Source: Saprolegnia diclina VS20 (lineage: Eukaryota). From it: 20,000 bases of DNA. The DNA lies in assembly GCF_000281045.1 (NCBI RefSeq), contig NW_008246131.1, positions 186,312 through 206,311 on the forward strand. Direction: 5' to 3'. This document shows positions 1 to 8,879 of this stretch, piece by piece (position 1 is the first letter of the stretch; each line of letters begins with the position of its first letter). The notes below the pieces were generated by a model that did not search any database, was not told the DNA's origin, and saw nothing but the letters and a program-made list of their open reading frames with translations. The position numbers and the translations under genes were made by a program.

Positions 1-3000
1 TGCAGATACTGGTACGGCCGGTACTTGAAGCGCTTGGCCAAGAGGTTGTATCGCGGGTCCGGCGTCCCGAGGTAGAACGGTACAATGTCCACGTCGGGCG
101 TCGCAATGATAAAGCGCTCGAGCGCATCGACGAGCGGAAGCACGAGCGACGACGGGTGGCGCGCGCGGAACTCTTGGTACGCCTTGTACGGCGTGCTCGC
201 AGGAATCGCGAGCAGCCACTGGCACTCGTCCAAGAGCACCGTCACGTTCGGGAAGAGCTTGTCCGAGTCAAACTCGGCCACGTAGTCGTGCATGTGGAAC
301 CACTTGAGGGGCGAGTCGGCGTTGCGCGCTACGAGCTGCAACGGCGAGACGTCGCAGTGCAAAAGGAGCTGCTCCATGAACCACACGCAGTGCCCGAGGT
401 TGAACTTCCACGCGTGCTGTTGTTGGTAGAGCTCGTTGAGCGGCGCTTGGGCGCGGAGCCACTCGAGTTCGTGGACCATGTGGCGCATGATGCGTTCTTG
501 CGAGATCGTCGCCGATGGCTCGACCGGGGCGTCCAAGTGGCGGACGCTGCGCAAGACGGGCGCCGCGCCACCGAGCCAGCTCTCCATGCGGTAGAGGCAG
601 CTCTCGAGTGCATTGTCGTCGTCGCGAAACTGCTCGCCGTCAATGTCCACATCGAGACGCTCCTTAAATTCGTGCAAAAGCGCTTCGAGCGTCAAGCGCT
701 GGTCGGCGCGGACGTCGCGGTGGTCGAGCGCGGCCAAGAACGACTCGAGCTTCTCCGCCATCATGCTCGTCGTGCCGTGCATCGAGTCGTGTTCGAGGTC
801 GCCGAGGAACGCCGGTTGCGTGAGCATGTTTTGCAGCAGCAACACAAGGTGCACACGCTGCGCTTCGGACCGGAGCCGGTCGACCATATCGACGAGCCGG
901 CCGTGGAGCGAGTCAAACACCCCTTCGTGCGCCTTGTCCTTGAGCACCATCTCGTCGAGGAGCATCGGGAGGCGGATGCGTGCGGCCTCGGCGGCCAGTT
1001 GGCCTTCGGTCGCGCGCACTTCGCAAAACACGTGCGACGCCATGTACGTCGACTGCTTCTCGTCCGACGGGTACACCTTGTACTGCAGGCCGGCCGCGTC
1101 GAGCTGCGCGAGGACCGCATTCATCGCGAGCGGGTCGCGGCAGCTCGGCCCTTCGGGGTTGGGAAACACGAGCGCATAGTCGAACCGGTGCGACGTGGAC
1201 GACTTGCTCTTCTCCATGTGCGCGGGCCACCCAAACGCCTTGTAGTAGAGCTTGGCGACGTAGTACGCTTGCCGCTCGCGCTGGAGGCGGACGCGCGACG
1301 GGACGTTCTGGTACGCGACCGTGATGAGGAGGCGGAAGCACACAAAGGCCGCGATTAGCGACCACGTGAGCGATGACGCGTCGTTGTCACCACTCGCCGT
1401 GCTGTTGACAAGGCGCGGGCCATCGGCGCGGTTGATCTGCACGAGGAGCGCGGCGTTGGTGCAGAGCGCGATCGTGAGCACAACGTGGAGCACGACAAGC
1501 CACGGGCCGAGCGTGGCGGCTTCGCGCGGGCGCGGGCGGCGGCTAAAGAAGAGCAACTTGGAGCTGTTGAGGCGCATCTCGAGAAACTGATGCAGCAATG
1601 CGAGCACAGGCACGAACGGCGTCACGACAGCGAGCAGCGTCGCAAAAGCAAAGTGCAGCACGAGCGTCAAGTGGTCGCGGGCGCTCTCGTATGCGCCGTA
1701 GGCAGCCATCGCAAACTGCTTCTCCATCTCGGGCGACGATGCAAAGCTCGAGGCAGCGTCGCCGGCCTTGGCTTGCACAGCGAGCATACGCGCATTGTAG
1801 AGCGACATACCATGGTGCAGCAGAATGAGGAGCCCGTACACGCGGTAGATGAGCCACGGGAGGTCCGCGATGGGAACTGGCGCGAGAAACGCTGCGTACA
1901 AGATGGCGGCAAAGGCGTTGACGAGGCCGACGACCACCGACTTGAGGAGGAACGCGAGCTCGTACGTAGCCTCGGTCGAGTGGTTCTCGTAGTCGTTGAG
2001 CCGGACGCTAAGGAGGTTGTACACATGACCAAACGCCGCAATTTGCGCGACGATCAAGAGCGCGAGCAGCGTCGTGTTGCCCTGGATCCACGACGACGAC
2101 GAAGTCGCGTACAAGTCGACGATCGTGCCGCCAACGACCGCCGCGCCGACGACGAGCAGCAGCACCGCGCCCCAGCTGAGCGAGTAGCGCAGGAGGCGCT
2201 GGTAGAGCTTGGTCGGGATCTGCGGGAGGAGCACGGTCTTGCGGACGCGGTCAAAGTCCGACATGCCCCACTCCATTGCGAGCACGGCGTTGCGGCGCGA
2301 CCAGTGCTTGAGGAAGAACGAGCCCCACCCGAGCATGAGCACGCCGTAGATCGGGAGCACGTAGTGCAGCACGGTCCAGTCGGCGTACGGCGCAGGGATC
2401 GAGACAGGGTACAGCTGCCAGAGCGTGATCGCGAGGCCGAGCAGCGCCGGCCCGAGAAGCCACGTCGCGTAGTGGCCCGAGTAGGCAAAGTAGAGCGCAA
2501 TCTTGGGCCCATAGTAGTCGCGGATCTGAACGAGCGGCTGCTTCCACGGCCGCCGGCACCACGAGAGGAGCGACCGCTGCAGCGACGCCTTTTGTGGACG
2601 GTTGTGTAGAGGGTAGCACGCGAGAATAACGCCCTGCGTCAAGAGGTTCTCGAGGTCGAGGCCCGCGCCGCCGCCATGCACGTTGGTCAAGATGCTCTCC
2701 ATGAGCTGCATGCGGTGGATGACCGAGAAGAATTCGCCGTCGTGGGGCGCGTAGATCGACGGCGGCTCATGCTTGGCGTACGGCATGTAGATACAGTCGT
2801 ACGGCGGGTACCGCGGCCGCTTGAAATGGTCGAGGAACGTCAGTGGCGGGTTCTCGACCGCGAACGGCTCAATGTGATGGCTTGCCAAGCCCGACGTGGC
2901 CACCTGCGCGAGCTCGGTCGCGTCGAGCAGCAGCGGTAGGTGCACGCGTGCAGCCTCCTTCTGTAGCCGCTCCGTGTCGGCGCGCAGCTTGCAAAAGATG

Positions 3001-3281
3001 GCTGACGTCGATGGCACCTCTTCGTAGCTCAAGCCTGCCTGGTGCAAGCGGTGCAGAATGTCTTGCTTCGTCAGCGACCCGATCGCCGGCGGCTCGTGCG
3101 GGAAGGCCATCACATAGTCGTAGTCCTCGTCGTCGCAGGTCACGGGCAGCGCTTCATGCGAGCCGTAGCTTGATGGGGGCGTCGGCTCTTCGCTCGGCTC
3201 GGGGGGCACGAGCGGCTCGCGCTCCTCCCGCGTCGACGACGACGACGTGCTTGCGGACGTCGGCGATTTCCGCGCTTCCAT
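1..3281 (-). CDS. Tandem (double-module) anoctamin/TMEM16-family membrane protein; 3' end lies outside the window
   Basis: Manual translation from ATG at 3281 (MEARKSPTS...) stays open for 1093 codons to the window edge (...KRFKYRPYQYL). It is absent from the ORF track because no stop is reached. Anoctamin motifs: YPLH, QPLVQIRDYYGPKIALYFAYSGHY, LNDYENHSTEATYE, RRPRPREAATLGPW, followed by a second N-terminal motif FDYALVFPNPE at 1184. It aligns by eye with the 14234..19978 protein. No intron is needed. Confidence 0.93.
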   Translation of the reverse strand, partial: MEARKSPTSASTSSSSTREEREPLVPPEPSEEPTPPSSYGSHEALPVTCDDEDYDYVMAFPHEPPAIGSLTKQDILHRLHQAGLSYEEVPSTSAIFCKLRADTERLQKEAARVHLPLLLDATELAQVATSGLASHHIEPFAVENPPLTFLDHFKRPRYPPYDCIYMPYAKHEPPSIYAPHDGEFFSVIHRMQLMESILTNVHGGGAGLDLENLLTQGVILACYPLHNRPQKASLQRSLLSWCRRPWKQPLVQIRDYYGPKIALYFAYSGHYATWLLGPALLGLAITLWQLYPVSIPAPYADWTVLHYVLPIYGVLMLGWGSFFLKHWSRRNAVLAMEWGMSDFDRVRKTVLLPQIPTKLYQRLLRYSLSWGAVLLLVVGAAVVGGTIVDLYATSSSSWIQGNTTLLALLIVAQIAAFGHVYNLLSVRLNDYENHSTEATYELAFLLKSVVVGLVNAFAAILYAAFLAPVPIADLPWLIYRVYGLLILLHHGMSLYNARMLAVQAKAGDAASSFASSPEMEKQFAMAAYGAYESARDHLTLVLHFAFATLLAVVTPFVPVLALLHQFLEMRLNSSKLLFFSRRPRPREAATLGPWLVVLHVVLTIALCTNAALLVQINRADGPRLVNSTASGDNDASSLTWSLIAAFVCFRLLITVAYQNVPSRVRLQRERQAYYVAKLYYKAFGWPAHMEKSKSSTSHRFDYALVFPNPEGPSCRDPLAMNAVLAQLDAAGLQYKVYPSDEKQSTYMASHVFCEVRATEGQLAAEAARIRLPMLLDEMVLKDKAHEGVFDSLHGRLVDMVDRLRSEAQRVHLVLLLQNMLTQPAFLGDLEHDSMHGTTSMMAEKLESFLAALDHRDVRADQRLTLEALLHEFKERLDVDIDGEQFRDDDNALESCLYRMESWLGGAAPVLRSVRHLDAPVEPSATISQERIMRHMVHELEWLRAQAPLNELYQQQHAWKFNLGHCVWFMEQLLLHCDVSPLQLVARNADSPLKWFHMHDYVAEFDSDKLFPNVTVLLDECQWLLAIPASTPYKAYQEFRARHPSSLVLPLVDALERFIIATPDVDIVPFYLGTPDPRYNLLAKRFKYRPYQYL

Positions 3282-3355
3282 TGCCGTCAAGTCAGTCACT
3301 GACAACACAATCCCACCGATTTCTCTTGGATTCAGTATACTCGGCCCTTCATTCG

Positions 3356-3363
3356 ATCCGGAT
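3356..3363. promoter_or_regulatory. Palindrome ATCCGGAT upstream of the first anoctamin gene (candidate cis-element)
   Basis: Perfect 8-bp palindrome 74 nt upstream of ATG 3281. The same palindrome lies 74 nt upstream of the paralogue's ATG at 14234. Function is inferred. Confidence 0.35.
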
Positions 3364-3371
3364 ACGACGGG

Positions 3372-3720
3372 AAATAGTGTACTCTTGAACGCATCGTGGG
3401 ACATGCAGCCGCGCCGAGTTCGGCCCCCGTCTTTCGCAGCCCAGGAAGCGCTGCGGCAGATGCGGCGGCCGCGTGCTTTGTCCGGCGTCCGCGGGCTAAC
3501 GGTGCAGCGATGCACAGGTCGGGCGAGAATTGTAACGAAAATAGTGTAAAGATACCGGGTGATAGGCGGTGTGCAGAGAAGAGAGCAAGCTCTTGCACGT
3601 TGGCCGCAAAGATCGGCGCGGGCTCAACTCGTCGAAGAAGCATCTCCCACCGCTGCATGCCGGTGCGCACCCGCGCGTGCGACGCGAGACGACCAGCTGC
3701 CTTTGCACGGAAATAGTGTA
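3372..3720 (+). repeat. Three exact copies of AAATAGTGTA in a divergent promoter region
   Basis: Copies at 3372-3381, 3539-3548 and 3711-3720, each preceded within 1-2 nt by ACG. Start-to-start spacing is 167 and 172 nt. Confidence 0.7.
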
Positions 3721-3762
3721 TTTCAGGACATGTCCGAATTGAAGCTACACGACCGAATTTGG

Positions 3763-3778
3763 CCTCAGTTTGCCTTTT
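3763..3778 (+). promoter_or_regulatory. Possible oomycete initiator + FPR core promoter of the COA4-like gene
   Basis: CCTCAGTTTGCCTTTT resembles the GCTCATTYBNNNWTTY-type consensus (TCAGT variant) and ends 25 nt before ATG 3804. Confidence 0.35.
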
Positions 3779-3803
3779 TGACATTGCCCGAAGAAGCGTC
3801 CCG

Positions 3804-4067
3804 ATGGCCGACCGCCCGCCGACCGTGCTGCCGCCGCCGCAGCATCTCGGTAGCAAGAGCGACTTTGACGACATTGAAGGTAGCATCCCAGATGTGATCG
3901 AAGTCCCATCTCGAATCATAGATCTGATTGAGCGCAACAAGTGTGCGAAAGAGTACTACAAGCTCGAGGACTGCCTCGCCGAGTACGACCGCAACTGGTC
4001 CAAGTGCCAAGCCGTCGTCAAGCTCTTGCGCGAGTGCAACGAGACGCGCAACAAGAAGAAGCACTAG
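3804..4067 (+). CDS. COA4: Small twin-CX9C (CHCH) mitochondrial intermembrane-space protein, COA4/CMC3-like cytochrome c oxidase assembly factor (87 aa)
   Basis: First in-frame ATG at 3804 in ORF 3759..4067. The segment CAKEYYKLEDC-LAEYDRNWSK-CQAVVKLLREC gives CX9C-X10-CX9C. The preceding DLIERNKC and the W-x-x-CQ-x-x-V pattern resemble the COA4/CHCHD8 subfamily. Subfamily call from memory. Confidence 0.75.
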   Translation: MADRPPTVLPPPQHLGSKSDFDDIEGSIPDVIEVPSRIIDLIERNKCAKEYYKLEDCLAEYDRNWSKCQAVVKLLRECNETRNKKKH

Positions 4068-4115
4068 TCGCTTATATAGTCGAATTCCCGTCGTCTCTAT
4101 GGTTGTATGTGGTTT

Positions 4116-6186
4116 CTAAAACGGCGCTTCGGCCGATGTCCGCGCTTCGGTGCTGCCCATGACGTCGACGTCGTCGTCGCTGCCGTACCAGCCGTCCATC
4201 GTGTCGATCTCCATGGCCGTGTCGTTCTCGCGGCCTTCTTCTTCCATTGCGAGTCGCGCGTACTCGGCGCGCGCGTACCGGTCCCAGTCGGTGAGCTCAG
4301 GCTCGGCCATTTGCTGCCGCAGAAGAAACGGGTCCCGCTGCTCAAACTCGATAAACTTGCTCAAATTGAAGAGCACGTTGAAGAAGACGCCCGAGAGCCG
4401 AATCTTGTCCGGCCGCGTAAAGTCCGTAAAGCGAAAGTCGCCTTCGATAGCCGGGTGCAGCAGGTCCGACCTACGCTCCTCCAAATCAGCTCCAGTGCTT
4501 CTAGCCGCCACGTACATTTGGCACATAATGTCTTCAAAGGGCACGACTTCCTGGCCCAAGCACTCCATGCGGTGGATCTGGTGGTCGTAGTACACGCGCA
4601 TCTCGTCGGCGCGAATGACGTTGTCGCCAATGATGTCGATGAGCTCAAACCAGTAGCGCAAGCTCACGGGGTTGCCCTTGTCTTCTTCCGAGAGCATGAA
4701 ATCTAGTCATGCAGTCATGAGCCCCATGCAAGTCGAATGCAAGCGGCGCACAAATGAAGTCTTCGTAGCTCAGCTTTTGCTTCTCGTCCGGCGACAGCGT
4801 CTGCATGCGCGCAAAGGGCCGGCGACCAAACTCAAAGATGCGGTCGACGATGATGCGCGTGAGCGCGTGCCCGCCGTAGCGCATGAGGTCGTCGCGCGAG
4901 AGGAGAAAGTCGTGGTCCGTGTCGAGCTCCCAAAACTTGCAGTACAGAACGTAAAAGTGCTCGTACGAAAAGTACGCGTTGACCTACAAAGCTTGGTAGG
5001 TATGGAGCTAGAGACGTCAGGTTACCTTGTTGATATCTTCTTCTTCGTCGACCACGTTGAAGGCCTCGACGAGGTTGGACCGCCGCAGCTTGCGGAGCGT
5101 GATCCGGCCGCTGCTGTCCTTGTCGACCATGTAGAAGATGCGCACGGCGACCGTGGCCGCTACCGTAAACGTGAGCAGATTTGCAGATAAATGGCGTGGA
5201 CGTACCGTATTTTTCTTGAAATTCCGGTGTGCCCGAGAGAAACTCGAGGCCCGGATGGTACTTGAGGAGCTCTAGCTCCATACATGAGAAGCGAGACGCA
5301 AGGCAAAGGTACCGTGAAGGAACGGGGCAAAGTCACTGTGTTCAATGTAGTCGTTTTGGGGCTGCTTGACGAGGCGGAAGAAGCGCTCAATGTTGTCAAA
5401 GGGCTGGATCTCCTTTGCCCAGTACGTCTGGAACATCTCGAGCGTCAAGAGTCGGCCCGAGAGATCGTCCTCGGGCGCGTCGAGGTTGAGCATGAGCTTG
5501 CGGATCCGCTGGAAGAGCGGGAGGTTGAAGAAGCTCGGGAAACCGCAGAGGTCCTTTGTGATCGAGACGAAGCTATCGACGGTGATGCCATCAGGGCCGG
5601 CGCCGGCCTGTCGGAAGCGCTCCTCAATATCGCGCTCTTTTCGGTCCAGTCGGTCGCGTGAGTAGGCGCGGCCACGGCCGCGACCGCCCTCCTTGGGGAA
5701 GTAGAATCTGGGGATCATGGCCGACATGTCACTCTACAACACTTGTTGCACATGTGCCCATTTGACCCCCGCGCATCGTACCTCGGCGTCTTCGGGCAGC
5801 GACAATTGCAGCGGTTCTGGCATGCCCATGTTGATGTCTTCGACCGAGCCGGCCGAGCCTTTTCGCCGGCTCGGCCCCATGGCCGGGCTGTGGTTCGGCG
5901 GCCGCTTCGGCGACCGACACGGGTCTGCGGGGTTGCTCGTCACCTGGGCGAGGCCGCCGATGATAGATACATTGGTGTGGGCTGCGGGCACGACGACCTC
6001 GCGGCCGCTCTTGACGTCGTCGACGAGGCCACAGATCATGTCCTTGGTCGCCTCCAGCGAGAGCCATTGCCGGAAGAGCTCCTCCATCTTCATGCGGCCG
6101 CTGGGGCAGGACTGTACTGCGTGGAGGTCCCCGAGCGAGTCGCGGTGGACCATCGTGTCGACCTCGTACGCTGCCTTCGTCATCAT
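4116..6186 (-). CDS. PPP2R3: Protein phosphatase 2A regulatory subunit B'' (PR72/PR70 family, EF-hand), 7 exons, ~599 aa
   Basis: Exons 6186-5782, 5733-5313, 5271-5206, 5159-5026, 4983-4752, 4702-4516, 4470-4116 (1800 nt). Six GT-AG introns of 48, 41, 46, 42, 49 and 45 nt keep the frame. Family motifs: [65 protein letters not shown]-terminal EAPF. Confidence 0.95.
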
Positions 6187-6259
6187 CCTCCTCTCTTCTT
6201 CGTCGCCGGATGGAAAAACAATGGCGAGCGGACGCGCTGTTTACTCATGCGGCCCACCG

Positions 6260-6394
6260 ATTGGCCGAAAAGCCCGCTCGTGTCCATCCCACGCGAGTGC
6301 ATTGGCTATATATCATCAATAATGGCCAATGAGCGCCCGCGATGAAGGATGGTCGAGAGACAGTTGCCCCACCTACGCTCGAATTTTGACCAAT
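6260..6394. promoter_or_regulatory. Cluster of four CCAAT boxes upstream of the PP2A B'' gene
   Basis: ATTGG at 6260-6264 and 6301-6305, and CCAAT at 6326-6330 and 6390-6394, lying about 75-210 nt upstream of ATG 6186. Confidence 0.55.
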
Positions 6395-7099
6395 CAAATA
6401 CAAGGCTGCTCCCCACGTTTCTGGCGCGCCACGCACACTTGCACTTTGTATGCGACGCATGGCTGTGCCAGCGACGCGGAGCCCGCACCTCGTCTCTCGT
6501 GGACCTTTGGCGCACGTCTCTCGCACCCAGGTCGCTATACTGAAGCGTAGTTGATATCGGTTGCCTTCAACCAACGTGCGCATCCCTCGCCCGAGAGAAA
6601 GGCCAGAACCGATGATTTCGGTTTCCTCTGACAAAATGGACAGATCATGTCCACATTTTGTCGCTCGACTAGACCGTCGTCCTCATCGACTCCAGTTAGC
6701 CCTACTAGACACTCATTCATTGCCAGGAAGGGTATCACCCATCATGGGATAGGTCCCGCGTCGTCGACACGCAAGGAGCGTCATCAGCTGTGTCATCCAT
6801 CATCTTCTAGAACAGGTCATGGATGTTCCCTCGTTGCGGCTCTAAGAATTCTTCGTTTTCGGTTCTACGAAACCGACATGGTACGTCGTTGCGCACTTCT
6901 GGGCTACATACTAGGTGTGGTGTTCAATAGCTCTGGGTGCAAGGACGCGCTCCGGAGCGTACTAGAGAAGTCAACCACCGAATGTGCAACCAGGACAGTC
7001 AAATTGATGGTCTTAAAGGACGCGGTGAACGAGATAGAACTTGACATTGCACTGGGGACTTGCGTTGGACGTTGCACAACACACATACGGGGAGGCTAT

Positions 7100-7948
7100 T
7101 TACTGCGCACACTGGACAGCGTCGCCGTAGAGCTCCTTGAGCTTGGTGTTGGCGTACTCCAAGCCCGGGCCCGTCACGATCTCCTTGAACTTGGCTTCAA
7201 TCGACGGCGTCAGGTCCTTCGTGATCGTCTGCCCGAGCGCCTTGACCGTCACGATGATCGGTGTGATCGTCGCCGTTGTGAACTGCACGTTGCGCAGGAA
7301 TGGAAACGATTCGCTGCAGCCAATCGACGCGACGAGCGTCACGGTCTTCTCCGTGCCGCAGCACGTCTTGGTGTCGTCGGCGATGTTGGAGCAGAGCGAC
7401 CCGAGGCAGCCGTCAATGCGGAGGCTTGCGGGGAGCGCCGGGAACGTCGCCTTCAAGCGCAGACTCAGCGTGCCGTTGGCCGACGCCGTGAGGTCGACTT
7501 GTTCAAAGCGGATGACGTTGAGGCCCGAGATCCAACGCGCGAGCGCCTTGTAGTTGGAGCCCTTCTCGTTGTAGAGGTAACCCATCTCCTTGCATGGCTT
7601 GGGCGGGTTCTTCTCGTTGCACTTGCCCGCGGACGCCGGGACGTTGTCCTTGACGAGCTGCGCGAGGTTGGGCTTGTTTTCTTGGAGTGCCGCAAGGATG
7701 ACTTGCGGGAGGTTGACCGCGGTCGAGAGCTCGTCCGTTGCCGACAGCTGGGTGGCCGACGACGACGCCGACGACGACGGCGAGGCCACGAACACGACAG
7801 CACCAACGACGGCACCAACGACCACGAGCGAGGCCAGGAGCAGCCAGCCGCGACGGCGAGTCGAGTGGCGAGCGGAGGGCGCGTCCGTGATGAGCGCTTC
7901 GTCGTTCGTGGGCGTGTGCACGGAGGCAGCAGGGTTGAATGTCGTCAT
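7100..7948 (-). CDS. Uncharacterised type II membrane protein (282 aa) with a cysteine-containing ectodomain
   Basis: Intronless ORF with GC-rich third codon positions. RRR precedes a hydrophobic segment (GWLLLASLVVVGAVVGAVVFVA), then a Ser-rich stalk and a ~200-aa domain with 8 Cys. A clear initiator motif lies just upstream. Confidence 0.85.
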   Translation of the reverse strand: MTTFNPAASVHTPTNDEALITDAPSARHSTRRRGWLLLASLVVVGAVVGAVVFVASPSSSASSSATQLSATDELSTAVNLPQVILAALQENKPNLAQLVKDNVPASAGKCNEKNPPKPCKEMGYLYNEKGSNYKALARWISGLNVIRFEQVDLTASANGTLSLRLKATFPALPASLRIDGCLGSLCSNIADDTKTCCGTEKTVTLVASIGCSESFPFLRNVQFTTATITPIIVTVKALGQTITKDLTPSIEAKFKEIVTGPGLEYANTKLKELYGDAVQCAQ

Positions 7949-7962
7949 ACTGGCTTGGTGGT

Positions 7963-7978
7963 CAATGCGAGAATGAGC
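7963..7978 (-). promoter_or_regulatory. Oomycete initiator + FPR core promoter
   Basis: Minus strand reads GCTCATTCTCGCATTG, a close match to the oomycete GCTCATTYBNNNWTTY-type element, ending 14 nt before ATG 7948. Confidence 0.7.
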
Positions 7979-8879
7979 TCACGTAGCCGCGTCGAGGCCA
8001 ATGCCGGCGTCTGAGTTGGCTACGCTCGAAGATACGAAGACAAGCGCAGGCTGGCTACCCACGTTCACGTCAACAACCAGCGCCATCGTCTTAGCAGAAC
8101 GTCAAGATTCAATGGTCGCCTGTCGACAAGGCGCCTCAACGACCAGCTCGGTGAATCTGAAAACGCCTACACACCCGACTGCTGTGAGAGACGTCCTAGA
8201 ACACCCGTCCTTGCCCTTGTATTACGCTGTATGCAGGCACGCCCGCCACGTGAAGACGTGTATGCGATCGTGCATGCCGACAGGCGATTGAAATCTCAGA
8301 TTCTCGTCGTCTGGTCCTCGGTTCTGCAGTGTGGTTCCCACCTAACGTTAGATCCACACCGAATGCACCAATCTGATTCGACTAGATTCAAAGTCGTTGC
8401 GCGTACACCCATGACCTTTCTGCCGCCTGCGTGGGATCGCCATGTGACCCAAGGGGTAGGGCCGTCCTTCGCATGTGCAGCTGCAGCACCGTGGTCAGCG
8501 CCAGGTACCTTCCACAACACCTCGTCGATGGAGGAGCCAGCCAAATATTGTCTTTACTCGATACGATCTGATAGTGTTCAACGACGTGAGCACCTAGGGG
8601 CCCACCAACAAGTTCTTACTCGACGCTAGAAGGTAGGCCTATTACGGCACCACGCACATGCTCTCGGAATGCGACGCGTCGAGATTCTGCTACCTTGCAG
8701 TAGCTTGCGCGATGCGACTCAGATGCATCAGCAGCGATTGTTCCAGCGCTCGCTCTCAGCAAGCCGATGCGTGCTTGTCCCTGCGTCTGTCAACACCGTC
8801 GTCTGTCTGCTCTCGAATTCCCAGCTCGCAGTTGCCAAGGCTTATCAATCTGTGTTGAAGACAGGCGTGCAGTATCCGC

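Noticed and set aside
156..2609. Plus-strand ORFs of 400 aa and 374 aa
   Set aside because: Antisense shadows of the minus-strand anoctamin CDS 1..3281.
7755..7825. GAC/CGAC short tandem repeats
   Set aside because: Low-complexity coding sequence for the Val/Ser runs of the membrane anchor and stalk; not an independent repeat or CRISPR-like array.
6647..8014. 455-aa plus-strand ORF
   Set aside because: Mostly the antisense shadow of 7100..7948, which has the membrane anchor, codon bias and initiator motif.
8296..8544. 82-aa minus ORF containing DGPTP and CIRCGSNVRWEPHC, resembling a retrotransposon gag zinc knuckle
   Set aside because: The His of CX2CX4HX4C is absent (Arg instead), and no protease, reverse transcriptase or LTR is visible nearby. 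Too weak without a homology search.
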